Assembly: GCA_018816525.1 (NCBI GenBank)
Contig: JAHIVV010000012.1
Coordinates: 2,253 to 66,252 of the forward strand
Reading direction: 5' to 3'
Origin: Elusimicrobiota bacterium
Lineage (GTDB): Bacteria > Elusimicrobiota > Endomicrobiia > CG1-02-37-114 > XYA2-FULL-39-19
DNA: 64,000 nucleotides
The position numbers and the translations under genes are program-made. Position 1 is the first letter of the stretch, and each line of letters starts with the position of its first letter. A model generated the notes under the pieces. That model saw only the letters and a list, made by a program, of their open reading frames with translations. It was not told the DNA's origin and ran no database searches. This document shows, one piece after another, positions 47,427 to 58,675 of the stretch.

Positions 47427-47819
47427 TTGTTTTCTATGAAACAGTTTACTTTCCGTAAAGAGGAAAGGCTGCATTTTGATAAAGAGTTCAGGCGCATTTT
47501 CAAAAAAGGAATAGCGCTGCGCAATTCCGGCATTCTGATGTTCGCCTACAAGCGCAATGAACCTGCGGAAAGCAAAATAAAGAATACGCGTTTAGGTTTG
47601 GTTATTTCCCGAAAAGCGGGCAGGGCAGTTGACAGAAACAGGCTAAAGCGCCAATTGAGGGAAATTTTCAGGCTGAATAAGCATACCCTAAAGCAGGATT
47701 TTGACATTGTTTTCATGGCCAAGGAAAAACTTGCTTCCTTTAAATACGATAGGCTTCAAAATATTGTATTTAACCTGTGGCAGCGCGCGAAGGTGCTTGA
47801 GCAGCAGGGCACTCTTTAA
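47427..47819 (+). CDS. rnpA: ribonuclease P protein component
   Basis: RnpA signature. Immediately after rpmH as in most bacteria. Confidence 0.85.
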   Translation: MFSMKQFTFRKEERLHFDKEFRRIFKKGIALRNSGILMFAYKRNEPAESKIKNTRLGLVISRKAGRAVDRNRLKRQLREIFRLNKHTLKQDFDIVFMAKEKLASFKYDRLQNIVFNLWQRAKVLEQQGTL

Positions 47820-47842
47820 ACCGAAATTTATTTTTAAAATAT

Positions 47843-48067
47843 ATGATCAAAACATTTTGTTTAAGCCTTATTAGAGCATACCAGATAATTGTCCGTTTTG
47901 TTTCACCTCTTCCCAGATGCAGATTCTACCCGACTTGTTCCGAATATACTTACCAGTCAATTGAAAATTCTGGAATAACAAAGGGAATATTTTTGGGAAC
48001 AAAAAGAATCTTTAAATGCCATCCTTTGCACCCCGGAGGTTACGACCCAGTATGGAAAAAAGAATAG
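47843..48067 (+). CDS. yidD: membrane protein insertion efficiency factor YidD
   Basis: YidD signature [10 protein letters not shown]. Confidence 0.85.
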   Translation: MIKTFCLSLIRAYQIIVRFVSPLPRCRFYPTCSEYTYQSIENSGITKGIFLGTKRIFKCHPLHPGGYDPVWKKE

Positions 48068-49635
48068 TAGTAGCCACAGTTTTATCTACCCTTGTAATTT
48101 TAGCCTGGTGGATGTGGGTAACGCCGCCGGCAAAAATGTTACCGCCCCAGACACAAGCCCAGTCAGGAACCAAGCCGGCAGATCAGCCATGCGTGCTTTC
48201 CGGAAATGACGCAAGCCAGATGCCTGCAGTTGGCGTACCGGGCAAAGGCAATCAAAAAGCGGTCAAAGTAACCGATACAGTTCTTAAATTCAATTCATTT
48301 GAGGTTGTTTTTAACAGCCTGGGCGCAAAAATAAAAAATTGGTATGTCAAAGAAAAGGGAAATTGCCTTACAGACCTGGTTTATTATCCGGCAGATAATT
48401 CGTTTGTGCCGGACAATTTTGCAACTTTTAACAATTTAAATTTTAATGTTATCACACAAACCCAGGACAGTATTATTTTCTCCGCTGTTACCGACAATGT
48501 CCGCATAATTAAAACTTACGAATTATCCGAAACAGGGCTGCATAAACTTGAGTTTCAACTGACAAACCTTTCCAATAAAGAAAAAGTATTTCCTTTAAAT
48601 ATCCCCTGGGGCCCCGGAATCGGCAGCACGCCTTCTGACCAAAAAAGCGAAGTTGCGTTTACCCGGCTTATAGGGCTTGCCAAGATTACCGATAAATCAT
48701 CAAAAATTGTCAAACTTAAAGCGGATAGCCATAACACCAGGGCCTACAATTGGATAGGAATTGATAACAGGTATTTTTTAATGTCCGTTCTTTCAAACGA
48801 AAGTTTTTCCAAAGCTTTGGTGAATATTGATAAAACAGCTATCGGAAAACTGCCTAAAACTGATTTTGTTTCTACCGTAAAAATACCTGCAGGAAAAAGC
48901 GTTAGCATCGGCTTGTCTTTTTACCTGGGCCCGAAAGTTTATTCCGAGCTTAAAAAAACAGGCCACGGCCTGGACCAGAGCGTAGATTTCGGTTTTTTCA
49001 GCTCGCTGGGAAAGGGAGCGTTTTATTCCCTTCATTATTTTTACGATATCACAAAAAACTATGGTGTCGCAATAATTATACTTACGCTCATCATGCAGAT
49101 AGTCCTTTTTCCGCTTACCATGAAAAGTTACCAGGCGTCAAAGGCTATGAGAATTTTACAGCCGAAAATGAAAGAAATGCAGACAAAGTTTAAAGGAGAC
49201 CCGAAAAGATTAAATGTCGAAATGCTCAACCTGTATAAATCGCATAAAGTTAATCCGTTGAGCGGCTGCCTGCCTATGTTGTTGCAGCTGCCTATTTTCT
49301 GGGCTTTATACCAGACCTTGAGCAACACTTATGAATTAAGAAAGGCCCCGTTTATTTTCTGGATGACAGATTTATCAGCTCCGGATTTGCTTTTCACGGT
49401 TAGCGGAGTTCCTATCCGGGTCCTGCCGTTATTGATGGGGGGCGCGATGTTTTTTCAGCAGAAAGCTTCCGGTACAACGATGGACCCCTCGCAGAAAAGT
49501 TTGATGTATATGATGCCGATTATTTTTACCGTAATATTCTGGAATTTTGCCAGCGGCCTGGTTTTATACTGGCTGATTAACAGCATACTGACATTAGCCG
49601 GGCAATATATTGTTATGAGGCCGAAAGAGGCCTAA
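48016..49635 (+). CDS. yidC: membrane protein insertase YidC
   Basis: N-terminal TM, large periplasmic domain, conserved C-terminal 5-TM core. Confidence 0.9.
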   Translation: MPSFAPRRLRPSMEKRIVVATVLSTLVILAWWMWVTPPAKMLPPQTQAQSGTKPADQPCVLSGNDASQMPAVGVPGKGNQKAVKVTDTVLKFNSFEVVFNSLGAKIKNWYVKEKGNCLTDLVYYPADNSFVPDNFATFNNLNFNVITQTQDSIIFSAVTDNVRIIKTYELSETGLHKLEFQLTNLSNKEKVFPLNIPWGPGIGSTPSDQKSEVAFTRLIGLAKITDKSSKIVKLKADSHNTRAYNWIGIDNRYFLMSVLSNESFSKALVNIDKTAIGKLPKTDFVSTVKIPAGKSVSIGLSFYLGPKVYSELKKTGHGLDQSVDFGFFSSLGKGAFYSLHYFYDITKNYGVAIIILTLIMQIVLFPLTMKSYQASKAMRILQPKMKEMQTKFKGDPKRLNVEMLNLYKSHKVNPLSGCLPMLLQLPIFWALYQTLSNTYELRKAPFIFWMTDLSAPDLLFTVSGVPIRVLPLLMGGAMFFQQKASGTTMDPSQKSLMYMMPIIFTVIFWNFASGLVLYWLINSILTLAGQYIVMRPKEA

Positions 49636-49651
49636 AGAAAGAGGTAATAGT

Positions 49652-50332
49652 ATGAAAAAAATTGAAGCGGTTGAATTTGAAGGCAAGACTGCCGAAGAAG
49701 CAATAAAGAAAGGTTTAGAACAGCTGGGTTTAACAAAAGAGTCAGCGGATATCAAAATTATTGATGAAGGCGCTTCCGGTCTTTTCGGGCTGATGGGCTC
49801 CAAACCTGCAAGAATTAAAATACAACCCAGGGGCCATCAGGAAAAAGCGGATGAACGCCTTGAGAAATCTATCAAGGACCATCTTTATAAAATGTTCCAG
49901 CTTATGAGTTTTACCGAAGAGAAACCCGAAATAAATGTTTCCCAGTCGGAAGAATGTCTTGTAGAAGTAGAGTTTAAGGATAATAAATTAAGTTCGCTTC
50001 TTATAGGAAAAAACGGCAAGGTTTTAAGAGCCATAGAAATAGTCCTGCAGAGCATGCTCAATAAGGAATTCCGGGGAAAAATAGAATCCATCCCCAAAAT
50101 TCTTGTCGATGTAAACAAGTATACAGTCAGGCAGAAAGAAAAAATCAAAGAAGAAGTAAATGAAGCGCTGGAAACAGCTAAAAAATCAGGCAAACCCGTC
50201 AGATTAACTCCCATGCCTCCTCAACTGCGCAAATATGTCCATGTACTGCTTCAGGATAATCCTGATTTTGAAACGATTTCTGAAGGCGAAGATGAACAGC
50301 GCAGGATAGTAATTAAACCCAGAGAAGGCTGA
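49652..50332 (+). CDS. jag: Jag/KhpB RNA-binding protein (KH plus R3H domains)
   Basis: Jag N-terminus and C-terminal R3H region. Conserved position after yidC. Confidence 0.8.
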   Translation: MKKIEAVEFEGKTAEEAIKKGLEQLGLTKESADIKIIDEGASGLFGLMGSKPARIKIQPRGHQEKADERLEKSIKDHLYKMFQLMSFTEEKPEINVSQSEECLVEVEFKDNKLSSLLIGKNGKVLRAIEIVLQSMLNKEFRGKIESIPKILVDVNKYTVRQKEKIKEEVNEALETAKKSGKPVRLTPMPPQLRKYVHVLLQDNPDFETISEGEDEQRRIVIKPREG

Positions 50333-50347
50333 AGGTGTGATTAGAAC

Positions 50348-51805
50348 ATGGAAAATGATACCATTGTAGCTATTTCCACGCCAAATACGGGCGAAGGAGG
50401 CATTGGTATTATCAGGTTGAGCGGAAAAGGCTCGCTTTCCCTGGCGGACAAGATTTTCACCTCTGGAAAAAATACCGGCAAGCCCTCCCAATTTGAAACC
50501 CACACAATAAATTACGGCTGGATAACCGACGGTAAAACAAAAATAGACGAAGTCCTGCTAAGCGTAATGAAAGCTCCAAAAACCTATACCCGCGAGGATA
50601 TTGTTGAAATTTCTGCGCACGGGGGGCCGGCGGTTTTAAGGAAAATTCTTGAGCTTTGCCTCGCCTCCGGCGCCAGGATGGCCGGGCCCGGCGAATTTAC
50701 AAAACGCGCATTTTTAAACGGCAGAATAGATTTGTCCCAGGCGGAAGCTGTCAGCGAACTTATCCGCGCAAAAACTGATAAATCAGCGCGGTTTGCGGTT
50801 GAACAGGTTACAGGCGGGCTTTCACAAAAAATAAAGGGTTTGCGCTCGCAATTGATCAGCTTAATTGCAAATTTTGAAGTTGAACTGGATCATTCCGAGG
50901 AAGATATAAAGTTTGCCTCCGGAGAAGAAACAGAAAAGACCTTAAATAATATTTTAAAAGACATCGGCAATATAATAACTGCTTCGCAAAAAAACAGGGT
51001 ATATGTTGAAGGCGTGAAAATCGCTATAGCAGGAAAGCCCAATGTTGGCAAATCGAGCCTGTTTAACGCTGTTCTTGAAAAAGAACGGGCCATCGTCACA
51101 GCCCTGCCAGGAACTACACGCGATATTGTGGCGGAAACTTTTAACCTGCAGGGAATACCCGTTACCATTATGGATACAGCCGGCATAATGGCTGATTATT
51201 TACACGAGGGTAAAATAGAAATTCAGAGGCTGGAACAGCATATAGAAAAAATATCCACCCAAAAAGCCAGGGATGTACTGGGTAAAACGGACATTGTTCT
51301 TTTTGTAATTGATGTTACAGCCCTTCTTACAAACGACGATACTAAAATTGCGGAACTTGTTTCAAAAGCTGCGGTTAAAGTAATCTTTGTTTTAAATAAA
51401 ACTGATTTAGTTACAAATACGGAACAAAAAAGAAAAGAGATTTTAGAAAAATTCAGGCCATATTTTGATAAAATATATTTTACGGAGTGTTCAGCGTTAA
51501 AGATGGATGGTATCACCGGGCTTGAAAATGCAATATATGATAAAATTCTTGAAGAAAAAGCTTATTCTAACGCTCCTGATACGGCTGACAGCGAATTTGT
51601 TGTCAATCTCAGGCAGGAAGAGGCGTTAAATAAAGCGTGCGTTAATATTAAAAGTGCATCGCAAACTGTCCGAAAAGGCGAATCCGGGGAATTTACTGTG
51701 CTGTCAGTGCGCAGCGCGCTGGATAATTTAGGTGAAATAACCGGTGAAACCACTAATGAAGAAATACTGGATATAATATTTTCAAAATTTTGCGTAGGGA
51801 AATAA
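50348..51805 (+). CDS. mnmE: tRNA modification GTPase MnmE/TrmE
   Basis: G1 motif GKPNVGKSS, G3 DTAG, C-terminal CVGK. Confidence 0.9.
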   Translation: MENDTIVAISTPNTGEGGIGIIRLSGKGSLSLADKIFTSGKNTGKPSQFETHTINYGWITDGKTKIDEVLLSVMKAPKTYTREDIVEISAHGGPAVLRKILELCLASGARMAGPGEFTKRAFLNGRIDLSQAEAVSELIRAKTDKSARFAVEQVTGGLSQKIKGLRSQLISLIANFEVELDHSEEDIKFASGEETEKTLNNILKDIGNIITASQKNRVYVEGVKIAIAGKPNVGKSSLFNAVLEKERAIVTALPGTTRDIVAETFNLQGIPVTIMDTAGIMADYLHEGKIEIQRLEQHIEKISTQKARDVLGKTDIVLFVIDVTALLTNDDTKIAELVSKAAVKVIFVLNKTDLVTNTEQKRKEILEKFRPYFDKIYFTECSALKMDGITGLENAIYDKILEEKAYSNAPDTADSEFVVNLRQEEALNKACVNIKSASQTVRKGESGEFTVLSVRSALDNLGEITGETTNEEILDIIFSKFCVGK

Positions 51806-53134
51806 ATGGCTCAGGAAAAAAGTTTAAAATTTTCTGCTTTGGATGGTTTTTTTGCTTCCGTAATGACGGGGTTTACTTTAAATTACACAATTCCGTTTGC
51901 TCTTGTTCTGGGCGCGACTTTTTTTCAGATAGGCCTGCTTACTTCTTTTCCTCAAATAGTCGGATCTTTTATTCAATTAAAATCGGTAGACATTGTTGAA
52001 AAAGTAAAAGGGCGGGTCAGATTTATTACTATCTGTATCATGCTTCAGGCGCTATCCTGGATAGCTATTTCGGTGCTTCATTTCATTTTTAAAAAAAATC
52101 CGATGTTTATCTATATAGTATTGGTCACATTTAACACCGTTTCAGGAGCTTTGTTCGTGCCTGCCTGGTATTCTTTAATGAGCGACACAGTTGACAAGAA
52201 CAGTTATGGAAAATATTTTGCCTGGCGCGGCAGGATAATGGGTTTTATCAATATAGGCAACAGCCTGCTTGCGGGATTCTTTCTGTACGCAATGACAAAA
52301 AACATTTATCTTGCCTTTTTTGTTTTATTCGCCATAGCAGGGGTATGCAGGTTTATTTCAGGGTATTTTGTAAGCAAAATGGATGATATCCCGCCTGTAA
52401 TAGTTCCGGAAAAAGCTTTTAATTACTGGGATTTTTTAAAAAGGTTTCCTAAAGGCAATTTTATAAGGTTTACATTTTTTGTTTCAGGAATAAATTTTGC
52501 CACCTATATTGCAAGCCCCTTTTTCACTGTTTATATGTTTAAAGAGCTTCATTTTACTTATGCGGTTTATACATTGATTGTAACTTTATCCACGCTCATA
52601 GGTTTGCTTATCGTGCCCTCCTGGGGCAAGCTTGCCGATAAGGTTGGAAATGTAAAAATTTTACAGATTTGCGCTGTATTTCTGCCGGTAATTCCTGTTT
52701 TGTGGTGTTTCTCCGGGAATCCATATTACCTTTTTATAGTTAATATTTTCGCTGTTCATTTATTGAACGGATTTAACCTGAGCACATTCAATTTTATTTT
52801 TGATGCGGCTTCTCCCGCAGTAAGGACCAGATGCATAGGCTACTTTAGTTTCACAAACGGCCTCCTGATTGGACTGGCCTGTTTACTGGGAGGGTTTATA
52901 GTAATTTATGTACCGGCTTTTATGAACGCTTCTAAAATTTTAAACGTATTTTACATTTCGAGCCTGCTAGGAGCAATAGTCAATATTTTTGGGATTAATT
53001 CACTCAAGGAAGTAAGGCATAGCAATAAGATTGAAGATTCAAAATTAATATTAACAGTGTTTGGAATAACGCCTGTGTTAGAATTGAGTAATGAAATTTT
53101 AGGACTCAGGTTCCACCGGTTAAAAGAGAAATAA
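51806..53134 (+). CDS. MFS-type transporter
   Basis: 442 aa, about 12 TM segments, MFS-like topology. Confidence 0.65.
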   Translation: MAQEKSLKFSALDGFFASVMTGFTLNYTIPFALVLGATFFQIGLLTSFPQIVGSFIQLKSVDIVEKVKGRVRFITICIMLQALSWIAISVLHFIFKKNPMFIYIVLVTFNTVSGALFVPAWYSLMSDTVDKNSYGKYFAWRGRIMGFINIGNSLLAGFFLYAMTKNIYLAFFVLFAIAGVCRFISGYFVSKMDDIPPVIVPEKAFNYWDFLKRFPKGNFIRFTFFVSGINFATYIASPFFTVYMFKELHFTYAVYTLIVTLSTLIGLLIVPSWGKLADKVGNVKILQICAVFLPVIPVLWCFSGNPYYLFIVNIFAVHLLNGFNLSTFNFIFDAASPAVRTRCIGYFSFTNGLLIGLACLLGGFIVIYVPAFMNASKILNVFYISSLLGAIVNIFGINSLKEVRHSNKIEDSKLILTVFGITPVLELSNEILGLRFHRLKEK

Positions 53135-54189
53135 TGAAGTCATTTTTTGCTATAGCCATTTTATTTATTTCCGTAATTGTTGTTTCGGCTGAAGATGCGG
53201 CTGTTGAACTCAATCTTGACGCTTCTACCGATACAGTTATTGATATTTCAAGCAATTCGGCCCTTCGGGAAGATTTTTCATACCGGATGGAAACATTTCC
53301 TTACAATCAGTTTTTTTCTTCCGGCACTTTATTTGTTGTTGTAAGTTTTGACGGCTGCAAAGAATTGTCCCGGTGGCAGGATATTCTGAATTTTTCAAAG
53401 GCCAACGATATAAAATTTACATTTTTTATAAGCGCGGCCTATTTCGTTCCTGAAAAAGAGAAGGCCCTTTATTACGAACCCACAAACCCGGTAAAAGAGG
53501 GTTATTCTCGTATCGGTTTCGGCGGAACCCAAGAAGACGTGGCAAAACGAAAAAAATATGTTTTAGAAGCTATTGAATCAGGCAATGATATTGAATCTCA
53601 TTTATGCGGGCATTTTGACGCAAAAAATTGGGATGAATCTGCCTGGCGCATAGAATTTGAAGAATTCAATGAGCTCTGTAGTTTTCTGCCTGAACCTGTT
53701 CACCATATCCGCTTTCCTTTACTATCAATGAATAAATATGTTTATCCGGTCCTGGCGGAATTCAACTTTAAATCAATAATGTCCGTGGATGAAGATGAGT
53801 TTGACAAATTTAACCGTGTTACAATACAAATACCCAAAGGGGGCCAGCCAGTGTCATTTCTTGAATTTCCCATGGGAACTGTGCAGGAAGGTAATTCAAA
53901 AGTGATGCTGATGGATTACAATTTTTCCGTGCATGATCAAAGGAATAAAATTCCAGTATCAAAAATACAGAAGAAAATGGTTGATATATATATACAGGAA
54001 GCAAACCGCTGTTTTACCCAAAACCGCCCGCTTTTGTTAAGCCACCATTTTTCAGTAACCAACAGCCAGGATTCTTACTGGAAAGCGTTGAAGGAAGTTA
54101 TACTCAACTTAAAAGCGATATATCCCACTAAATTTATCACGCTTTCACAGCTTAGTGAAATGTGCAACCCGGATAACGCGGTACGTTAA
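53134..54189 (+). CDS. secreted hypothetical protein, possibly divergent polysaccharide deacetylase (CE4-like)
   Basis: Signal peptide. VSFDGCKE and HLCGHFD weakly resemble the CE4 TFDDG and His motifs. Confidence 0.3.
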   Translation: MKSFFAIAILFISVIVVSAEDAAVELNLDASTDTVIDISSNSALREDFSYRMETFPYNQFFSSGTLFVVVSFDGCKELSRWQDILNFSKANDIKFTFFISAAYFVPEKEKALYYEPTNPVKEGYSRIGFGGTQEDVAKRKKYVLEAIESGNDIESHLCGHFDAKNWDESAWRIEFEEFNELCSFLPEPVHHIRFPLLSMNKYVYPVLAEFNFKSIMSVDEDEFDKFNRVTIQIPKGGQPVSFLEFPMGTVQEGNSKVMLMDYNFSVHDQRNKIPVSKIQKKMVDIYIQEANRCFTQNRPLLLSHHFSVTNSQDSYWKALKEVILNLKAIYPTKFITLSQLSEMCNPDNAVR

Positions 54190-54233
54190 TTTGTTATAAT
54201 TTTCATCTTATAGTATAATCAAGGTATAAAATT

Positions 54234-55658
54234 TTGTCCCGATTGTTCCTTCAAGTAAGATATCGGGATGCCAACTCGGCAAGGGAGCAACAATTGAACA
54301 CAGACAAAGAGAAAAACATTATTCAAAGATTTGGGCAAGTATTCAGCAATCTTTCAAAACCGGAGGACAAAACGCCTTCAAAACCTGTTGTACAGCCGGT
54401 TAATGTGCCGACAGTTCCGGTTCACGCAGCCGCACCTAAACATGTCGAACATAAACCTCAGGGCCCTTCGGCAAGTTTTTACGGCCTGGGTATTGCGCCC
54501 AGGATTCTTGAATCCCTGGCTAAATTAAAATTTACCGAACCGACACCGATTCAGCATAAAGCTATTCCGATTGCCCTTGAAGGAAAGGATTTAATCGGTG
54601 TTGCCCAGACCGGTACCGGGAAAACTCTTGCATTTTGCATTCCTATGTACCAGCGCCTGGCGCAAATTTCAAAAAACGGGCTTATACTTCTTCCTACCAG
54701 GGAACTTGCGCTGCAGGTGGATGAAGTATTCAGAAAAGTCGGCCATACATTTGGCATAAAAACAGCTGTGCTTATCGGCGGGGCGCCTATGGGCGCCCAG
54801 ATTTCGGCCCTAAGAGCCAAACCGCGCATTATTATTGCCACGCCCGGCCGTTTGCTTGACCACCTTCAACAAAGAAATGTGACACTTTCAGAAGTAAGCC
54901 TAGTCGTATTGGATGAAGCAGACAGAATGCTGGATATGGGTTTTGCTCCGCAGATAGACCGCGTGCTTCAAAGCGTAACCAAGGACCGGCAGACAATGTT
55001 GTTTTCTGCCACGCTTCCTGCAGAAATATTAAGAATTGTAAACAGGTATATGAAGCTTCCGGTAAGCATTGAAATTGCGCCGTCGGGTACGGTAGCTGAA
55101 AACATAGACCAAAAATTATTTGTAGTAAACAAAGAATCAAAATTGAAACTGCTTGAAAAAATTGTCAGGCAATATACCGGCTCCATACTTTTATTTACGC
55201 GCACAAAACACGGCGCCAGGAATATTACCCAGAAACTGAGGAATATAAATTGCCAGGCGGCGGAAATACATTCAAACCGTTCGTTAAGCCAGCGCAGGGA
55301 AGCGCTCGACGGTTTCAGGTCAGGCAAATACAGGATATTGGTAGCAACGGATATCGCATCCCGCGGCATTGACGTAAAAAATATTGAATTAGTAATAAAT
55401 TATGATATCCCAGAGGACCCGGAAAATTATGTACACCGTATCGGCAGGACCGGCCGCATCGGCGCGCAGGGACAGGCAATTACCTTTGCTACCCGCGAGC
55501 AATATAAGGACGTAAAGAATATTGAAAGATTGATCAAAAATGCACTGCCTGTTTCCAGCCACCCGGATATACCTTCGGAGGCTTTTTTCCAGCCCTCTAA
55601 TTCCTTTGTTTTAAGAAACAATTTCCGCAGGCCCAGGACTTCCATGCGCCGCAGATAA
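54234..55658 (+). CDS. DEAD-box ATP-dependent RNA helicase
   Basis: Q motif, Walker A AQTGTGKT, DEAD (VLDEADRMLDMGF), SAT, HRIGRTGR. TTG start in the track; N-terminal 90-aa extension is of uncertain reality. Confidence 0.9.
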   Translation: MSRLFLQVRYRDANSAREQQLNTDKEKNIIQRFGQVFSNLSKPEDKTPSKPVVQPVNVPTVPVHAAAPKHVEHKPQGPSASFYGLGIAPRILESLAKLKFTEPTPIQHKAIPIALEGKDLIGVAQTGTGKTLAFCIPMYQRLAQISKNGLILLPTRELALQVDEVFRKVGHTFGIKTAVLIGGAPMGAQISALRAKPRIIIATPGRLLDHLQQRNVTLSEVSLVVLDEADRMLDMGFAPQIDRVLQSVTKDRQTMLFSATLPAEILRIVNRYMKLPVSIEIAPSGTVAENIDQKLFVVNKESKLKLLEKIVRQYTGSILLFTRTKHGARNITQKLRNINCQAAEIHSNRSLSQRREALDGFRSGKYRILVATDIASRGIDVKNIELVINYDIPEDPENYVHRIGRTGRIGAQGQAITFATREQYKDVKNIERLIKNALPVSSHPDIPSEAFFQPSNSFVLRNNFRRPRTSMRRR

Positions 55659-55720
55659 AATGCATAAATAACCCCCGCGGACAGGAACATCGGTGTTGAT
55701 TATCAGGGGCCGAAATAACT

Positions 55721-56914
55721 ATGGCGACTTTAAAAATAACATTAATTCTTCTTTTTCTGATTTTATGGATTAAACGTAAGCAGGACCTGGGCGCAGGGCT
55801 GCTAATAGGTTCTTTTGTGCTTGGTATTTTAAGCGCAGGGTTTTTTGACGTGTTAAAGTTTATGTTCCGGTCGGTTTACGCTACCGACACCATTGATTTA
55901 ATTGTCGTAATGATCCTGATTTTTTATTTCATTGAAATTTGGAGCAAGACCGGCGGCACAGCATCGCTTTGCAAAAATTTAAACCATGTAATAAAGGATT
56001 CGCCTGTGGCGCTTGTAATCCCTCCGGCAATAATCGGGCTTATTCCGATAATGGGCGGGGCGATGGTATCCGCTCCTTTAGTTAAGGATTCCTTTTACGC
56101 GAAAAATGTTTCACCCGCAAAACAGACTTTCCAGAACTTCTGGTTCAGGCATATCTGGGAGTATGCAATTCCCACCTATCCCGGGGTAATTATTTCAGCA
56201 GGGATTCTCGGCGTATCCTACGGTAAAGTTTTTGCCCTGAATTTTCCCTTAACTATTTTTGCAATAATAATCGGCTCGATAGTAGGCCTGACAGGCATTA
56301 AATACAGGAAGCCCGATTTGTTAAATAATGATACAAGCGGCATAAAAGGACTGCTGGTAGCGTTCTTGCCTCTTTTTGTAATTTTGGTGCCGGCCCTGGT
56401 TTTTAAAGTTCCGCTGTTTCTTTCATTGGCAATTTCCATAATTCTTATGGCGCTTGTAAATAAAATAAGCATCCCCCGGCTTAATGGCCTATTTATAAAA
56501 AGTTTTAATTTTAATATAATCAGCGTTGTAGTAGGCATTATGGCTTTCAAATACGTCATGGAAGACACTGGGGTAATAGTGCAGATGTCCAGGGAATTCA
56601 TCAGCTGGAAAATCCCTGTTTTGTTATTATTGTTTTTACTCCCGTTTATTACAGGTTTTATTACGGGAATTACGCAGGCGTTTGTGGCTATTTCATTTCC
56701 GCTTCTTATAAATTATCTCAGCGCAGATAACAACCTGCTTACCTGGGCTTATGTATCGGGTTATATGGGGGTCCTGCTTTCACCCGTCCATGTATGCCTG
56801 GTCCTGACGAAAGAGTATTTTGGCGCATCCTGGAAAGATGTTTATAAAATACTGATAATCCCGTGCCTGTTCATGCTGGCAGCGGCTTTTTTCATAATCA
56901 AAATCAGAGGATAA
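55721..56914 (+). CDS. polytopic membrane protein (DUF401-like / putative transporter)
   Basis: 397 aa, about 10 to 12 TM segments. No diagnostic motif recognised. Confidence 0.4.
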   Translation: MATLKITLILLFLILWIKRKQDLGAGLLIGSFVLGILSAGFFDVLKFMFRSVYATDTIDLIVVMILIFYFIEIWSKTGGTASLCKNLNHVIKDSPVALVIPPAIIGLIPIMGGAMVSAPLVKDSFYAKNVSPAKQTFQNFWFRHIWEYAIPTYPGVIISAGILGVSYGKVFALNFPLTIFAIIIGSIVGLTGIKYRKPDLLNNDTSGIKGLLVAFLPLFVILVPALVFKVPLFLSLAISIILMALVNKISIPRLNGLFIKSFNFNIISVVVGIMAFKYVMEDTGVIVQMSREFISWKIPVLLLLFLLPFITGFITGITQAFVAISFPLLINYLSADNNLLTWAYVSGYMGVLLSPVHVCLVLTKEYFGASWKDVYKILIIPCLFMLAAAFFIIKIRG

Positions 56915-57043
56915 ATAAAACAATAATTGGAGGCTAAGCAGTAGATATATCAAAAAAATTACAAGGCATATTATTACAAGTAACGACGCAAAAGAAATGA
57001 TAAAAGATACTGCCTATAGATTGGCAAAAAAGGCTTATAAATT

Positions 57044-58255
57044 ATGAGTAAAACAATCGATGAAATAAACGAAAAAATCAAGAAAGGCCAGGCTGTTATA
57101 GTTACCGCTGAAGAAATGATAGATATCGTGGAACAAAAAGGCGCCGCTAAAGCAGCTCAGGAAGTGGATGTGGTCACAACAGGCACTTTCGGGCCCATGT
57201 GTTCCAGCGGCATGTATTTAAATCTGGGGCATTCAAAACCAAGAATAAAAATAGGAGGCGGGAGCTGTTATTTAAATGACGTTCCGGCATATTGCGGTTT
57301 CGCCGCAGTTGATATTTACCTGGGTTGCACCCAAACGCCGGATTTTGACCCGAGAAATGCGGATTATCCCGGCGATTTCAGGTATGGCGGCGGCCATGTT
57401 ATAGAAGAATTTGTTGCAGGTAAAGACATACGGCTTGTTGCTATGGCTTATGGCACAGATTGCTACCCCAGAAAAAAACTTGAAACCCTTGTAAATATAA
57501 AAGACGTTAATGAAGCAGTATTGTTCAATCCGAGAAATGCTTATCAAAATTACAATGTAGCAGTAAACCTTTCGGATAAAGTTATTTACACCTACATGGG
57601 GACTCTGCGGCCAAAATTGGGTAATGCAAATTATTGCAGCGCCGGCCAGTTGTCGCCGCTTTTAAATGACCCTCTTTTTAAAACTATCGGCATAGGAACA
57701 AGGTTGTTTTTGGGCGGCGGTATCGGTTATGTAGCATGGAACGGCACCCAGCATAATCCTCACGTAAAACGAAAAGAAAACGGTACTCCCTGCGTGCCTG
57801 CCGGAACGCTTGCGCTGATAGGGGATTTAAAACAAATGAAATCCGGATGGCTCGTTGGGGCAAGTTTTCAGGGCTACGGCGCTACTTTAAATGTCGGCGT
57901 CGGAATACCGATTCCGATCCTAAATGAAGAAATGGCAAAATACACTGCTGTCAAAGATGACGCTATATTTGCCCCGGTTGTAGATTACAGCGAAAATTAC
58001 CCGAAAATGATTCCCGGAAATCTCGGCGAAGTTTCTTATGCGCAATTAAAATCAGGCAAAATAACTGTCCAGGGAAAAGAAGTCCCCTCAGGGTCGCTTT
58101 CAAGTTATTCAAAAGCCAGAGAAATTGCGGAAGTCTTGAAAGACTGGATTGTGAAAAAGCAATTTTTTCTTTCAGAACCTGTCGCGCCTCTGCCTGGGCC
58201 TGATTCAATCACCACTTTTAAGGCCATGCATGAGAGGCTCGGGGCAAAAGGATAA
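57044..58255 (+). CDS. DUF39 (COG1900) homocysteine-biosynthesis sulfur-incorporation enzyme homolog
   Basis: 403 aa. DUF39-like architecture with a conserved Cys-containing N-terminal half (GTFGPMCSSGMYLN...GGGSCYLNDVPAYCGF). Confidence 0.65.
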   Translation: MSKTIDEINEKIKKGQAVIVTAEEMIDIVEQKGAAKAAQEVDVVTTGTFGPMCSSGMYLNLGHSKPRIKIGGGSCYLNDVPAYCGFAAVDIYLGCTQTPDFDPRNADYPGDFRYGGGHVIEEFVAGKDIRLVAMAYGTDCYPRKKLETLVNIKDVNEAVLFNPRNAYQNYNVAVNLSDKVIYTYMGTLRPKLGNANYCSAGQLSPLLNDPLFKTIGIGTRLFLGGGIGYVAWNGTQHNPHVKRKENGTPCVPAGTLALIGDLKQMKSGWLVGASFQGYGATLNVGVGIPIPILNEEMAKYTAVKDDAIFAPVVDYSENYPKMIPGNLGEVSYAQLKSGKITVQGKEVPSGSLSSYSKAREIAEVLKDWIVKKQFFLSEPVAPLPGPDSITTFKAMHERLGAKG

Positions 58256-58263
58256 GGTATCCG

Positions 58264-58671
58264 ATGTTCACAAAAAGAGTCATAATGAGATATCCCACAA
58301 AACTGGTTGATAAGCCGATAGTAAGCAAGCTTGTCAAAGAGTTCCATCTTGATTTTAATATTTTAAAAGCGTCAGTAACACCCAATGAAGAAGGGGTGTT
58401 AGTTCTTGAGCTGATCGGCGACCGCAAGAATTACAATAAAGCAATGGATTATCTGAAAGGCTTAAACGTAACCATACAGCCTTTTAAGCATGATATAATC
58501 CGCAATGAAAAAAAATGTACCCATTGCGGGGCCTGTGTTGTAGCCTGCCCAGCGGAAGCATTAATAGTAGAAACCAAAAGCAGAAAAATTATTTTCGATG
58601 AGAAAAAGTGTATAGCCTGCGAACTTTGCATACCTATCTGCCCGGTCCGCGCTATGGAAATGCATTATTAA
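58264..58671 (+). CDS. NIL-domain protein fused to 2x[4Fe-4S] ferredoxin (MA1822-like)
   Basis: NIL domain (VLVLELIGD) followed by CTHCGACVVACP and CIACELCIPICP. Confidence 0.7.
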   Translation: MFTKRVIMRYPTKLVDKPIVSKLVKEFHLDFNILKASVTPNEEGVLVLELIGDRKNYNKAMDYLKGLNVTIQPFKHDIIRNEKKCTHCGACVVACPAEALIVETKSRKIIFDEKKCIACELCIPICPVRAMEMHY

Positions 58672-58675
58672 AGCC

